From NCBI GenBank assembly GCA_013151235.1, contig JAADIO010000022.1, positions 68,256 through 112,590 of the forward strand: a stretch of DNA of 44,335 bases, in the 5' to 3' direction. Made by a program: the position numbers and the translations under genes. Below, piece by piece: positions 9,915-19,339 of the stretch. A model generated the notes under the pieces. That model saw only the letters and a program-made list of their open reading frames with translations. It was not told the origin of the DNA and ran no database searches. The stretch is from Deltaproteobacteria bacterium. GTDB taxonomy: Bacteria; CG2-30-53-67. The number at the start of each line of letters is the position of its first letter. Position 1 is the stretch's first letter.

Positions 9915-11090
9915 CTACCGCCCGGCAAGCCAGAGCAGGGGGTCCTGAGGCTCCCCATGGTAGCGGATTTCGAAATAGAGCGCCGGCCCTTTCAAAGAAC
10001 CCGTTTCGCCGGCCCGGCCAACCGGCTGTCCTTCCTCAACAATCTCTTTTACGGAGACGAGCAGTTTGGAAAGATGAGCATAGACCGAATAAAACCCCTT
10101 TCCATGGTCCAGGATTACCATTCGTCCATAGCCTTTGAACCAGTCGGCAAAAAGTACCGTTCCGTTGTAAATAGACTTGACCTTCGCTCCCGGTACGGCC
10201 GCGATATCGATCCCCCTTGAAAAGATATAGGTGTTGAACTTTTCATGCTTGTGCTTCCCGAAGCGGGTCAACACCTTCCCCTCAAGGGGCCAGGAGAGCC
10301 TCCCCCGATATTTCTCGAACCCGCCGGCAAGGGTCTGCTTTTGACGGATCAGCTCCTCAATGGTCTGCTGCAACGATCGCGCAGAAGACTGCAGCTCATT
10401 CAGCAACTCTTTCTGCGAGGCCTTCTCTTTCCGGATCCGTGCCAGAAGGCGGGTACGCTCCTCCCGTTTGGCAATAATTTCCCTATTTTTCTCCTTGAAG
10501 GCGTTCTCGAGAGAGAGGACCTTCTTTTCCCGCTCCGCCAGCTTTGCTTCTTTCCGCTTCAGCGCGGCATAGACCTCCCGGTAACTATCAATACTCTTCT
10601 TGTCTTCCCGGGCCAGCACCTGTATGTAACGATACCGTTTCAGCATCCCGGCGTAATTCCCGGCGGAGAAAATTGCCTTTACATAGGAATATCCGCCATA
10701 CTTGTAGAGCTGCAACACCTTGTAGGCGAGAAAATTCTGATACTGCCCCAACTCCGCCTTCAGGTCCGAAACCTCCAGTCCCAGTTGGGTCTTCTCCGTT
10801 CGCACCTTCTTTAAGGCGATATCATAAGACTCCAACTGTTCCCCCTTCAAAGCGAGTTTCCTGTCGATAGCCTCAATCCGGGCGAGGAGTCCCTGCTCCT
10901 TCCCGGCAAGACGCCGCAACACTTTCTTCTTTTGAGAAATATTACGCCGAACCTCCTCCAGAGTATTTTTGTTCGAGTCGATCCGGCCCTCCATCTCCCG
11001 GAGACCGGCAGTCACATCGGTAACCAACGCCGCCCACAGAAAAAGCAGGACCATCCAAACCGGCCGGGAAGAGCGTTTCACTCCATACAT
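9915..11090 (-). CDS. envC: Murein hydrolase activator EnvC (coiled coil + degenerate M23)
   Basis: Signal peptide, long coiled coil, WPLEG...GIDI...YAHL...LYFEIR; downstream of ftsEX. Confidence 0.88.
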   Translation of the reverse strand: MYGVKRSSRPVWMVLLFLWAALVTDVTAGLREMEGRIDSNKNTLEEVRRNISQKKKVLRRLAGKEQGLLARIEAIDRKLALKGEQLESYDIALKKVRTEKTQLGLEVSDLKAELGQYQNFLAYKVLQLYKYGGYSYVKAIFSAGNYAGMLKRYRYIQVLAREDKKSIDSYREVYAALKRKEAKLAEREKKVLSLENAFKEKNREIIAKREERTRLLARIRKEKASQKELLNELQSSARSLQQTIEELIRQKQTLAGGFEKYRGRLSWPLEGKVLTRFGKHKHEKFNTYIFSRGIDIAAVPGAKVKSIYNGTVLFADWFKGYGRMVILDHGKGFYSVYAHLSKLLVSVKEIVEEGQPVGRAGETGSLKGPALYFEIRYHGEPQDPLLWLAGR

Positions 11091-11094
11091 CCTC

Positions 11095-11997
11095 TCAGAT
11101 TTTCAGAAAACGGCCCAGAGACATGAGGCTCCCGAAGAGCCCCAGGGCCATCCCTGCCGTAACGATCCAGCAAAGCATGGAGACGGAAAGAAAGGAGATG
11201 GAAATCTCCTGCATCAGCAGAACCCCCGCGCGGTGCGTGAGTCTCGGGACCCAGTAATAGTAGATTCCGAAGAGAGCAATCAATGAGAGTACCGCCCCAA
11301 TCAACCCCTGGAAGAGTCCTTCGATGAGAAAGGGTCCACGAATAAAGTTGTTCGTGGCGCCGATCAGGCGCATGACCGCCAGTTCATCCCGGCGGGCATA
11401 AACGGTGAGACGCACCGTATTGGCAATAATAAAAAGAATCGCCACACCGAGAAGCCCCCCGAGGATCAACCCGATGAGTCGGAGAATATGGAGAAATGTC
11501 ATCAGACTCCGGGTCCACTCCTTTCCGTATTGAATCTCCTCGAAATCGGGGATTCTCGAAAGTTTCCGGACCAGTTGATCCACGGCCCCCTGGGACCGGG
11601 CGGATTTGGACAGACCGATCTCAAAGGACGCCGGCAGAGGATTCCCCTCCAGTCCGTCCAGCAGGTAGGCTGCTTTCTTATGACCGGATCGAAAACGGGC
11701 CAGTGCTTCTTCCTTGGAAACAAACTCCACCCGGGAAATTTCAGGGTTGCGCCAGAGGATCTTCTTGATCTCTTCAACACGGTCCGGGTCGAAACCACCC
11801 TTGAGATAGGCCGTCACCTCCACCTGCCGGACCCAGCCGTTGGTCATGTGACTTACGTTGGTATAGACAATCAGAAAAGCCCCGAAGATCATCAGGGCAA
11901 AAGCAATCGTCACGATCGCAACGATGCTGATGAATTTGTTGTGCCGGACACTCCGGGCGCCTTCCTGTACAAAATAAGCCAGATCGGCAAACATCAT
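11095..11997 (-). CDS. ftsX: Cell division permease FtsX
   Basis: NPLPASFEI, NTVRLTVYARRDE..MRLIGAT..FIRGPFLIEG. Confidence 0.93.
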   Translation of the reverse strand: MMFADLAYFVQEGARSVRHNKFISIVAIVTIAFALMIFGAFLIVYTNVSHMTNGWVRQVEVTAYLKGGFDPDRVEEIKKILWRNPEISRVEFVSKEEALARFRSGHKKAAYLLDGLEGNPLPASFEIGLSKSARSQGAVDQLVRKLSRIPDFEEIQYGKEWTRSLMTFLHILRLIGLILGGLLGVAILFIIANTVRLTVYARRDELAVMRLIGATNNFIRGPFLIEGLFQGLIGAVLSLIALFGIYYYWVPRLTHRAGVLLMQEISISFLSVSMLCWIVTAGMALGLFGSLMSLGRFLKI

Positions 11998-12015
11998 CCC
12001 TTCCTTATTCTCGAA

Positions 12016-12723
12016 TCAGACCCGGCCGACCCCTGCGGAATCGGTCACCGGAAGATCGGAGAGAGTGGAGTCGGCAACACAACGGCCGTTCTCCAGCCGG
12101 ATGACTCGTTTCTTCATCCGTTTGACCATCTCCATGTTATGAGTTGCCACGAGGACCGTTGTCCCCCGCAGATGGATCTCCTTGAGAATCTCCATAATTT
12201 CTTCCGCCACTCCGCCATCGAGATTCCCCGTCGGTTCATCGGCAATGAGGATTACGGGATCGTTGACCAATGCCCGCGCAATGGCCACCCGCTGCTGCTC
12301 CCCACCGGACAGGCGCAACGGATAGCTGTTGATCTTGTGCTGCAATCCGACCCGCCGCAGGACATCCCAGGCCCGTCGTTTCATCTCTTTTTTTGTCGTC
12401 CCGATCACCCGGAGGGCAAAGGCAATATTATCAAAGACCGATTTTGAACGGATCAGTTTAAAGTCCTGAAAAACAACTCCGATATTTCGTCGAAGATAGG
12501 GGACGCTGCCGCGCCGAAGTCGGGAGAGATTGAGTCCGTTCACCCGGATCTCACCCCGGTCGGCCTGCTCTTCACAGTAGATCAGTTTCAACAGTGTTGT
12601 TTTTCCGGCGCCACTGGGTCCCGTAATGAAAACAAATTCCCCCTTCTCCACATGGAGAGAGACCCCTTTCAGGGCACTGTAGTCCTTCTGATAGTGTTTG
12701 TGTACGTCAACCATCCGGATCAT
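12016..12723 (-). CDS. ftsE: Cell division ATPase FtsE
   Basis: [36 protein letters not shown]; upstream of ftsX; start probably ATG at 12723. Confidence 0.93.
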   Translation of the reverse strand: MIRMVDVHKHYQKDYSALKGVSLHVEKGEFVFITGPSGAGKTTLLKLIYCEEQADRGEIRVNGLNLSRLRRGSVPYLRRNIGVVFQDFKLIRSKSVFDNIAFALRVIGTTKKEMKRRAWDVLRRVGLQHKINSYPLRLSGGEQQRVAIARALVNDPVILIADEPTGNLDGGVAEEIMEILKEIHLRGTTVLVATHNMEMVKRMKKRVIRLENGRCVADSTLSDLPVTDSAGVGRV

Positions 12724-12814
12724 CGGCGGCTCACAGGGTTGGGTGGACTCGTTGAGTGTCCCCGTTCGCAAATAGGGCGGCGTTGGAGGGCGCAGTATTT
12801 ACGAACAGAACCAC

Positions 12815-13156
12815 TTACGGATCATCACCGTCCGAAAGGTAGTCCAGGATAATCTCATCCAGACTTGCTTCTTCCGAAGGTTCCGCGGCTTGGGGATCCT
12901 TCGTTTTTTCTTCAAACCTGCCGTCACGAAGGTCCATGATCATCTGTTTGTGCTGTTCCTTCATCAGGTTCCGGATCACATTCTCCAAGCAATCGGCCTT
13001 CAGGATGTCGGCATAGCTCAATTTGCGGGAACAGAGGATCTTGCCTTCTTTATATAGGAGGGTTACAATTACAGGATTCTTGATACCGTTATCTTCCGTC
13101 TGGACATGAAAATTGTTGTCCTTGTAGACAAAATCGGTATTATACCCCGTCAGCAT
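12815..13156 (-). CDS. Hypothetical protein upstream of ftsE
   Basis: 113-aa ORF with AAGGAG RBS; GYNTDF...FHVQTED motif and EASLDEIILDYL tail. Confidence 0.75.
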   Translation of the reverse strand: MLTGYNTDFVYKDNNFHVQTEDNGIKNPVIVTLLYKEGKILCSRKLSYADILKADCLENVIRNLMKEQHKQMIMDLRDGRFEEKTKDPQAAEPSEEASLDEIILDYLSDGDDP

Positions 13157-13317
13157 CCGTGGTTCAGCTCCCTTACAACGTACTGTGCATAACCGGAATT
13201 ATCCCTTGGATTCCGGAAATATAGCATAGATAAATCCGGAGTTGCAAGACATAAAAACCCCGAAGTCCCCCCGAAAATGGTGTCTCTCCGGATCCAATGC
13301 ATTGAGAAGATTGAAAA

Positions 13318-13346
13318 TTGACAATCCTCATCGAAACTCATATGAT
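13318..13346 (+). promoter_or_regulatory. Sigma70 promoter of the M20 peptidase
   Basis: TTGACA-17 nt-TATGAT. Confidence 0.6.
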
Positions 13347-13424
13347 TCAGAATCGTTAAGAATACAGGAAAACATAAACCGGAATTCACCATTTGCCGAC
13401 CAAAGAGAAGGGGCCAAGCCGAAC

Positions 13425-14801
13425 ATGGGAAAAATCAACGAAAAAAAAATGAACGATTTTATTACAAAAACCCGAAAACCCTTTGAGAACCTGTTGGCAA
13501 AATGGGTGGCCCTTCCCACGATCAGCGCCGAATCCGCCCACAAAAGCGACATTGCAATGGCCGCTGAAGAGGCAGCCGGACTGCTGAAGGGGCTGGGGGG
13601 ACAAACTGAGACCATCGAGACCGAGGGCCATCCTTTGGTCATCGGGAACATCCGGAAATTTCCCGATGCCCCCACGGTCCTGATCTACAACCACCTCGAT
13701 GTACAACCGGCGGAGCCGGAGGACTGGGAAGACCCGCCCTTTCAGCCGACGCTGAAAGACGGCCGCTACGGAGGCCGGGGAAGTACCGATAACAAAGGAC
13801 CGGCGCTCACGGCCTACTTCGCCGTGCAATGTGCCGTGGAGCAGAAGATCCCCCTCAATTATTGTTTTGTCTGGGAATTTGAAGAGGAGATCGGCAGTCC
13901 TCATTTTAACACTGCGTTAAAGAGCCGGAAAGAATTTATCCGGGCCGATTCCATCCTCGTCTCCGATACGGTCTGGATCGCCCGGGACAGGCCGGCCATA
14001 CCCTTCGGCATCCGGGGACTCCTCACGGCCACCCTGACCCTCGAAACGGGGGAACGGGACGCCCATTCGGGGCTGGTCGGAGGGGCGGCCCGCAATCCGG
14101 TCGGGGAACTCTGCAACCTCATCGCACAATGCTATGACCCCGTAACGGGCGATGTGCATCTGCCCGGTTTTTACGATGATCTTCTGACGTCAAGCGGTGA
14201 GGAAATGGAAGGATTCCTTGCATCGGGTTTCAAGGTCGCCGTTTTTAAAAAGGCCCACGGACTGAAGAGTCTGCGGTTCAAGGAACCGGCAAAGGTGATT
14301 GAATCGATCTGGTCGAAGCCGACCTTTGAAGTCCACGGCCTGGCCGGAGGCTACACAGGTCAGGGAGTGAAAACCGTTGTCCCTCCCCGGGCGGAGGCCA
14401 AGATCAGTATGCGTCTGGTCCCCCGCCAGACCCCGAAAAAGATCTTTTCCGCTTTGCGGGATTTTGTAAAGGAACGGAATCCAGACGTAAAGGTAAGATT
14501 GGAAGCGATCCTGGATCCCTACCTGGCCTCTCCCGCGGGAGAATATTTCCAGGCAGGGGTGGAGGCAATGACTTTCGGGTTTCAGACCCCGCCCGCCCTG
14601 ATTCGGGAGGGAGGATCGATCGGCGCCGTGGTTACCCTGAACCGGTTACTGAAGGTCCCGGTTACTTTTCTCGGACTCTCGCTGCCGGAACACGGGTATC
14701 ATGCACCGAATGAATATTTCGAATGGCGTCAGGTCCGGGGAGGGATCCGGACCTTTCTACACTACTTCAACCGAATCAGCCGGATACCGGAACCCATTTA
14801 G
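13425..14801 (+). CDS. M20 family metallo-dipeptidase (ArgE/DapE-like)
   Basis: YNHLDVQP, GRGSTDNKG, EEEIGS, HSG, HAPNE; start moved to ATG at 13425, downstream of the promoter. Confidence 0.88.
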   Translation: MGKINEKKMNDFITKTRKPFENLLAKWVALPTISAESAHKSDIAMAAEEAAGLLKGLGGQTETIETEGHPLVIGNIRKFPDAPTVLIYNHLDVQPAEPEDWEDPPFQPTLKDGRYGGRGSTDNKGPALTAYFAVQCAVEQKIPLNYCFVWEFEEEIGSPHFNTALKSRKEFIRADSILVSDTVWIARDRPAIPFGIRGLLTATLTLETGERDAHSGLVGGAARNPVGELCNLIAQCYDPVTGDVHLPGFYDDLLTSSGEEMEGFLASGFKVAVFKKAHGLKSLRFKEPAKVIESIWSKPTFEVHGLAGGYTGQGVKTVVPPRAEAKISMRLVPRQTPKKIFSALRDFVKERNPDVKVRLEAILDPYLASPAGEYFQAGVEAMTFGFQTPPALIREGGSIGAVVTLNRLLKVPVTFLGLSLPEHGYHAPNEYFEWRQVRGGIRTFLHYFNRISRIPEPI

Positions 14802-14913
14802 AGATGATATTCCATTCCTTTTGGTCTTGCCCCTTCATGTACTTCATGGTGAAAGCTTATTGCCTTTGCGTTTGATTTTACTCTGTCCCTCTGTGCCTTT
14901 GTGCCTGAGGAGT

Positions 14914-15054
14914 TTACTTTTCCGGATTCACAGCAGCTTCCTTTTCACTCCGTCTTCTCGAAGCCACCGTCACCACATCGGATTTTTTCTGCCGGGCCAG
15001 CTTGGCCGCCTTCCGGGCCTGAATCGCCTTTCTCTTTTTTGTATTGGATGCCAT
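14914..15054 (-). CDS. Small basic protein, 46 aa, not in the ORF track
   Basis: AAGGAG-6 nt-ATG; MASNTKKRKAIQARKAAKLARQKKSDVVTVASRRRSEKEAAVNPEK*. Confidence 0.65.
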   Translation of the reverse strand: MASNTKKRKAIQARKAAKLARQKKSDVVTVASRRRSEKEAAVNPEK

Positions 15055-15148
15055 GTTCTTCTCCTTAACGTCAATTTAAGAGGTTGAGAAAAGCCCCGGA
15101 TGCAGAATACTTAAAGCCTGACCACCGGAACCGCGTTTTACAAAACCA

Positions 15149-15436
15149 TCAATACTTCACCTGAAAGTGATCAAACTCTCCTTCATACATCTCATCCCGC
15201 ACATCAATACGAATCACATGAGATCCCGACGGACCCTGCCTGCACCAGACAATCAGTTCCTGAAGGGCATGCATCGGACCTTCCGCCACAACTTCTACGG
15301 AGCCGTCCGGCAGGTTGCTGACCCACCCCGTCACGTTCAACTCGCGGGCACGGTCCAGGGTGCCGGCCCGGAAGCAAACGCCCTGTACCCTGCCGTAAAT
15401 CGTCAGATGGACCCGACTCTGTCCCTTTGTCGCCAT
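15149..15436 (-). CDS. acyP: Acylphosphatase
   Basis: GRVQGVCFR, GWVSNLPDGSVE. Confidence 0.93.
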   Translation of the reverse strand: MATKGQSRVHLTIYGRVQGVCFRAGTLDRARELNVTGWVSNLPDGSVEVVAEGPMHALQELIVWCRQGPSGSHVIRIDVRDEMYEGEFDHFQVKY

Positions 15437-15485
15437 TTGTCAACCCCCGGGAGACTCCTTCCGCCGGGCCCTTTGTGCACCGAAA

Positions 15486-15683
15486 TTATTTCTTCTTTTC
15501 TTCTTCCAGTTTTTCCCCGTTTTCCGGTGTAATATCAATCTCGTCTTCACCTTTCGTGGCCTTTTTGAAATTCCGGATTCCCTTTCCCAGTCCGGAACCG
15601 ATCTCCGGAAGTTTCCCCGCACCGAAGATAATCAGAACAATCACCAGGATAATGACCAACTCCATCCAGCCTAATCCAAACAT
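15486..15683 (-). CDS. tatA: Twin-arginine translocase TatA/E
   Basis: [50 protein letters not shown]. Confidence 0.95.
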   Translation of the reverse strand: MFGLGWMELVIILVIVLIIFGAGKLPEIGSGLGKGIRNFKKATKGEDEIDITPENGEKLEEEKKK

Positions 15684-15703
15684 GGATCCCCTCCTTTGAT
15701 GAC

Positions 15704-16330
15704 TCATCTTGCCCCATCGGCAATCAGGGTCTGATAATCTTCCACCGTATTGATGCTGACGAAAGATGAAAGGTCCGGATCCATCCGGGCCATCTCCCCT
15801 TCTTCCAGGAACCTTGTATTCAGGGATCGAAGGACTCCCTGCATTCCGCGGCGTCCCTCACGCAGATGCCTGCCCATCACCGGGAGGCACCGTTGATCAT
15901 AAACGGCATGCAATGGCTGCGGAACGGAAGGACGGTCCTCTCGGGAAGATCCTCGGATCACAGCAACCAGGGCATCGGCGGCCCCGGCCCGTCGCATCAT
16001 ATACTGGACCAGCTCCGTCCGAACCATCGGCATATCACAGGCGACACAAAAATTCTTCGGATCCCGGGAGGCCGAAAGTCCCGAGAAAATCCCCGTCAGA
16101 GGACCACGCTCCGGGTACAGATCACAAACAACCTTGACGGGAAACCCGGCATAACGTTCCGGTTCCCGGGTCACCAGGAGAATCTCCCGGAAGAGCGGTG
16201 ACAAGGCCCCGATGATATACCAAAGAAAGATCCGGCCCTTCCATGGGAGAAACGCCTTGTTGCGCCCCATACGCCGGTTCTCTCCGCCGGCAAGGATGAT
16301 AGCCGCCATCGGTTCCGCCCCCTGATCCAC
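15704..16330 (-). CDS. mobA: Molybdenum cofactor guanylyltransferase
   Basis: [40 protein letters not shown]. Confidence 0.9.
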   Translation of the reverse strand: MDQGAEPMAAIILAGGENRRMGRNKAFLPWKGRIFLWYIIGALSPLFREILLVTREPERYAGFPVKVVCDLYPERGPLTGIFSGLSASRDPKNFCVACDMPMVRTELVQYMMRRAGAADALVAVIRGSSREDRPSVPQPLHAVYDQRCLPVMGRHLREGRRGMQGVLRSLNTRFLEEGEMARMDPDLSSFVSINTVEDYQTLIADGAR

Positions 16331-16338
16331 AAAGTCCT

Positions 16339-16698
16339 TTATTTCGCCGTGCGAACTTTGAGCAGAGAGATCACCTTCTTCACGCCCGTAACGCCTTTCG
16401 CAATCGTCACGGCCCGATTGATCTCATCCTGCGATCCGAGGTACCCGTTCAGGGTGACTTCGGCAAGATTGGTGTCCACATCGATATTCAGGGCATGAAC
16501 GTGTGGATCTTCCAACAGTTTGCCCTTGACCATCGAAGTAATCCGAAGATCTTCCGCCGATTCCGAAATTGTTTTTTCATCCGTTCCGATCTTGTATCCG
16601 GCGGTTGCGGCGCCTCCAATGAGCAGGAGTTCACAACCTGTCGTCATCAACGCGGCAATACTCATCACTCCAACCACCCATTTTTTCCAAGATGACAT
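16339..16698 (-). CDS. BON-domain lipoprotein (OsmY-like)
   Basis: Lipobox-like TTGC; DLRITSMVKGKL...IDVDT...VTLNG...GVKKV. Confidence 0.85.
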   Translation of the reverse strand: MSSWKKWVVGVMSIAALMTTGCELLLIGGAATAGYKIGTDEKTISESAEDLRITSMVKGKLLEDPHVHALNIDVDTNLAEVTLNGYLGSQDEINRAVTIAKGVTGVKKVISLLKVRTAK

Positions 16699-16751
16699 CC
16701 TTGCCTCTCTTTCTGCCGACGGCCCTGCCCCATCCCCTCGCGGGATGATGC

Positions 16752-16829
16752 AAGATAACAATTCTGCGTTTTATTGTCAACGGTTTTGGCGCTACCGGTA
16801 TTGACACCGCTGTTCCCCTTTGTTATCTT
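16752..16829. promoter_or_regulatory. Back-to-back divergent sigma70 promoters
   Basis: TTGACA-17-TATCTT on minus (16752-16780) and on plus (16801-16829). Confidence 0.65.
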
Positions 16830-16869
16830 GTCTGCACGAAAAGAACCTCGGGACTTCAAGGGTCGGCCG

Positions 16870-17340
16870 TTGAAATTTTTCATTCCCATATTCCTGATTT
16901 CTTGCCTGATCTCTTTGTCGTCCCCGGCTGCGGAATGGGGTCCCGGATCCTTCGGGCCCGTATCACAAAAGGGAGAAACCTTTCGCTCTTCCACCGCGGC
17001 AGCGTCCAATCTTCCGGAAAGAAGCCCTTTCGCGAAGTTTCTCGTCGTCGGGGTCCGCTTCTTTCAGAAGTTCATCTCACCCGTTGACGGCGACCGCTGT
17101 ACCATGGACCCCACCTGCTCGCACTTTGCACTTCAATCCATCGAAAAACACGGGGCCTTGCTCGGCTTCATGATGACGGCGGACCGGATCGTCCATGAAT
17201 ATGAAGAACATCGCTTCGTCCGTGCCCGGTGGGACGGCAAGTCCTATCGTTTTCCGGATCCCGTCAAGAATAACGACTTCTGGTTTCCCTCTTCCGCTGC
17301 CGCATCCCCCGGGCGGACCAAGAGGAGCAAACAACCATGA
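16870..17340 (+). CDS. YidD-like (membrane protein insertion efficiency factor domain) protein with a hydrophobic N-terminal extension
   Basis: FFQKFISPVDGDRCTMDPTCSHF...KHG..LG...ADRI; start uncertain, TTG at 16870 chosen because it lies downstream of the promoter. Confidence 0.7.
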   Translation: MKFFIPIFLISCLISLSSPAAEWGPGSFGPVSQKGETFRSSTAAASNLPERSPFAKFLVVGVRFFQKFISPVDGDRCTMDPTCSHFALQSIEKHGALLGFMMTADRIVHEYEEHRFVRARWDGKSYRFPDPVKNNDFWFPSSAAASPGRTKRSKQP

Positions 17341-18230
17341 CAAAGACGCGCAAACGGTTCTTCTGCATCCTTCTGGCCGGATTTCTTCTGCGGCTCCCCT
17401 TCATGCCGTTGTCTGCATACGCCTCGACTCCGGGAGAGGCGGACCGCCTCTTCACTTTTGCCGAAAAACTCGCGGATCAGCAAGACTATTATCGGGCCAT
17501 CACGGAGTACAAACGATTTCTCTCCTACTTCCCCGACGACGCACGAGTTCCCCTCTGCCGGTTCGGAATCGCCCATGCCTACCGTATGGGAGGGAAGACC
17601 GACCAAGCCGTCCGGGAGCTTGCAACCCTGGAGAAAGATTACGCCGGAAGCGATACGGCAGAGGAGGCAGCCTTCGAGATCGGCCGTACCTACTTTTCAG
17701 CCCGCCGCTTTGAGGAGGCTGAACCAGCCGACGAAGCCTTTCTCCGTCGTTATCCCAACTCCCGGCATCATGACGAGGCACAGGCCCGCCTCGGCTGGTC
17801 CCTGCTCTACCTTGCGAAATACAAAGCCGCCGCCCGGGCCTTTTCCTCCGTCAACGAAAAGAGCCCCTACGGCCCCTTCGCCGCCGCCCTTGCGGAGGAG
17901 CTCTCCGCCGGAGTCCGGATCCCCCGAAAGTCACCGGTTACCGCCGGGGTCCTGTCGGCAGTTCTTCCCGGGGCCGGACAATTTTATACCCGACGTCCCA
18001 CGGAAGGAATCAGCTCTTTCCTGCTCAACGGCTCCTTCATCTGGGCCACCGTCGAACTTTTTAATCGCGGAAGCGAGGTTGCCGGAGTCCTTCTCGGTTT
18101 TTTTGAAACCGGCTGGTACAGTGGGGGAATCTTCGGTGCGGTAAACGATGCACACAAGTTCAACCGAAAGGCACGAAAGGATTTTATCGAGGAATTGCAG
18201 AACCGCTACCCCCTCCCGGCAGGGCAATAA
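17337..18230 (+). CDS. Exported TPR protein (BamD/YbgF-like repeats) with a C-terminal membrane segment
   Basis: Signal peptide, TPR repeats (FLSYFP, FLRRYPNS), KSPVTAGVLSAVLPGAGQFY motif; ATGA overlap with the yidD-like gene. Confidence 0.75.
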   Translation: MTKTRKRFFCILLAGFLLRLPFMPLSAYASTPGEADRLFTFAEKLADQQDYYRAITEYKRFLSYFPDDARVPLCRFGIAHAYRMGGKTDQAVRELATLEKDYAGSDTAEEAAFEIGRTYFSARRFEEAEPADEAFLRRYPNSRHHDEAQARLGWSLLYLAKYKAAARAFSSVNEKSPYGPFAAALAEELSAGVRIPRKSPVTAGVLSAVLPGAGQFYTRRPTEGISSFLLNGSFIWATVELFNRGSEVAGVLLGFFETGWYSGGIFGAVNDAHKFNRKARKDFIEELQNRYPLPAGQ

Positions 18231-18257
18231 AAAAGGGGCCATAAGGTCCCCTCTTTA
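18229..18257. terminator. Bidirectional terminator between the TPR gene and lpxC
   Basis: aaaaaaggggcc-ataa-ggtcccctcttt. Confidence 0.55.
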
Positions 18258-18288
18258 ACAGGTACGGGTTTTCCTGTATGATGATCCT

Positions 18289-19221
18289 TTATGCGGTGGC
18301 CCGCACAATCGTCGGCATCGGCACGGGGGTCTCTTGCGCGGCCGGCACGGCGGAATAGAGTTCGTCGGTACGAGTCACATACTTCCACTTCCCGGGACTC
18401 TCCAGCAGATGATGGACCAGGGAAGCATGGGTGGCATGGCCCGATTTGAAGGTCTGCACATGGCCGAGGATCGGACATCCGGCCAGGCTCAGATCGCCGA
18501 TTGCATCGAGGATCTTGTGCCGGACAAACTCATCCGGGTAGCGCAACCCTTCGGAATTCAAAACCCGGTAATCGCTGATCACGATGGCGTTATCCAGGGA
18601 CCCCCCCAGGGCAAACCCCTGAGACTGGAGATATTCCACCTCCCGAAGGAACCCGAAAGTACGTGCCCGGGCGATTTCCCGGACAAAATCATCTTCGTTT
18701 GCCCGATAATGGTACCGCTGATTTTTCAGCATGGGGTGGTCAAAATCGATTTCGCAGGTAATTTCCAAACTCTCCGATGGATAAAGAGCAGCAAATCGAT
18801 CGCCGTCTTTCACTTCGATCGGTTCCAGGATCTTGATAAAACGCTGCAGTTTGCTCTGCCGCCGGATCCCGGCCGAGGTCAAAAGAAAGATATAGGATGC
18901 GGCACTTCCATCCATGATGGGGACTTCCGGAACATCGAGTTCGATCACAGCGTTCCCGATCCCCAGTCCGGCGAGGGCCGCCAGAAGATGTTCCGACGTT
19001 TTGATCAGAGCCTGCCCCTTGCCGAGGGTCGTGTTGAGGCTGGTATCAACAATGTGTCCGGCATCCGCCGGAATCTCAAAACCATCATCAAGATCGACCC
19101 GCCGGAAGAGGATGCCCGTATCCTCCGGCGCCGGCAGGATCTTCATATTCACCTTCAACCCCGTGTGCAGGCCGATCCCGGCACAGGAAATGGGCGAAGC
19201 GATTGTTCTTTGATATCTCAC
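18289..19221 (-). CDS. lpxC: UDP-3-O-acyl-GlcNAc deacetylase
   Basis: QRTI...GIGLHTG, EHLLAAL, PIMDGSA, ARTFGF, HKILDAIGDL; GTG start at 19221 after AGGAGG. Confidence 0.96.
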   Translation of the reverse strand: MRYQRTIASPISCAGIGLHTGLKVNMKILPAPEDTGILFRRVDLDDGFEIPADAGHIVDTSLNTTLGKGQALIKTSEHLLAALAGLGIGNAVIELDVPEVPIMDGSAASYIFLLTSAGIRRQSKLQRFIKILEPIEVKDGDRFAALYPSESLEITCEIDFDHPMLKNQRYHYRANEDDFVREIARARTFGFLREVEYLQSQGFALGGSLDNAIVISDYRVLNSEGLRYPDEFVRHKILDAIGDLSLAGCPILGHVQTFKSGHATHASLVHHLLESPGKWKYVTRTDELYSAVPAAQETPVPMPTIVRATA

Positions 19222-19269
19222 GGTCTTGCCTCCTGGAGAGTATGCGTATAGAGATTGGAAGCTTGTACA

Positions 19270-19285
19270 TGCAACCAGCATGCCA
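19270..19285 (-). promoter_or_regulatory. Sigma54 (-24/-12) promoter of lpxC
   Basis: TGGCAT-GCTGG-TTGCA matches TGGCAY-N5-TTGCW. Confidence 0.75.
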
Positions 19286-19326
19286 AATAAAAACAAGCAT
19301 AAAGGATCTTCTATAACCGCCTGTAA

Positions 19327-19339
19327 AATCAACTTGTTA
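19327..19339. promoter_or_regulatory. IHF binding site
   Basis: AATCAACTTGTTA = WATCAA-N4-TTR, ~40 bp upstream of the sigma54 site. Confidence 0.6.

Noticed and set aside
13242..13424. Extended N-termini in the ORF track (M20 peptidase; likewise lpxC to 19401, nadD to 34901, rubrerythrin to 5200)
   Set aside because: The extensions cross promoters or neighbouring genes; downstream starts have an RBS and/or match family N-termini.
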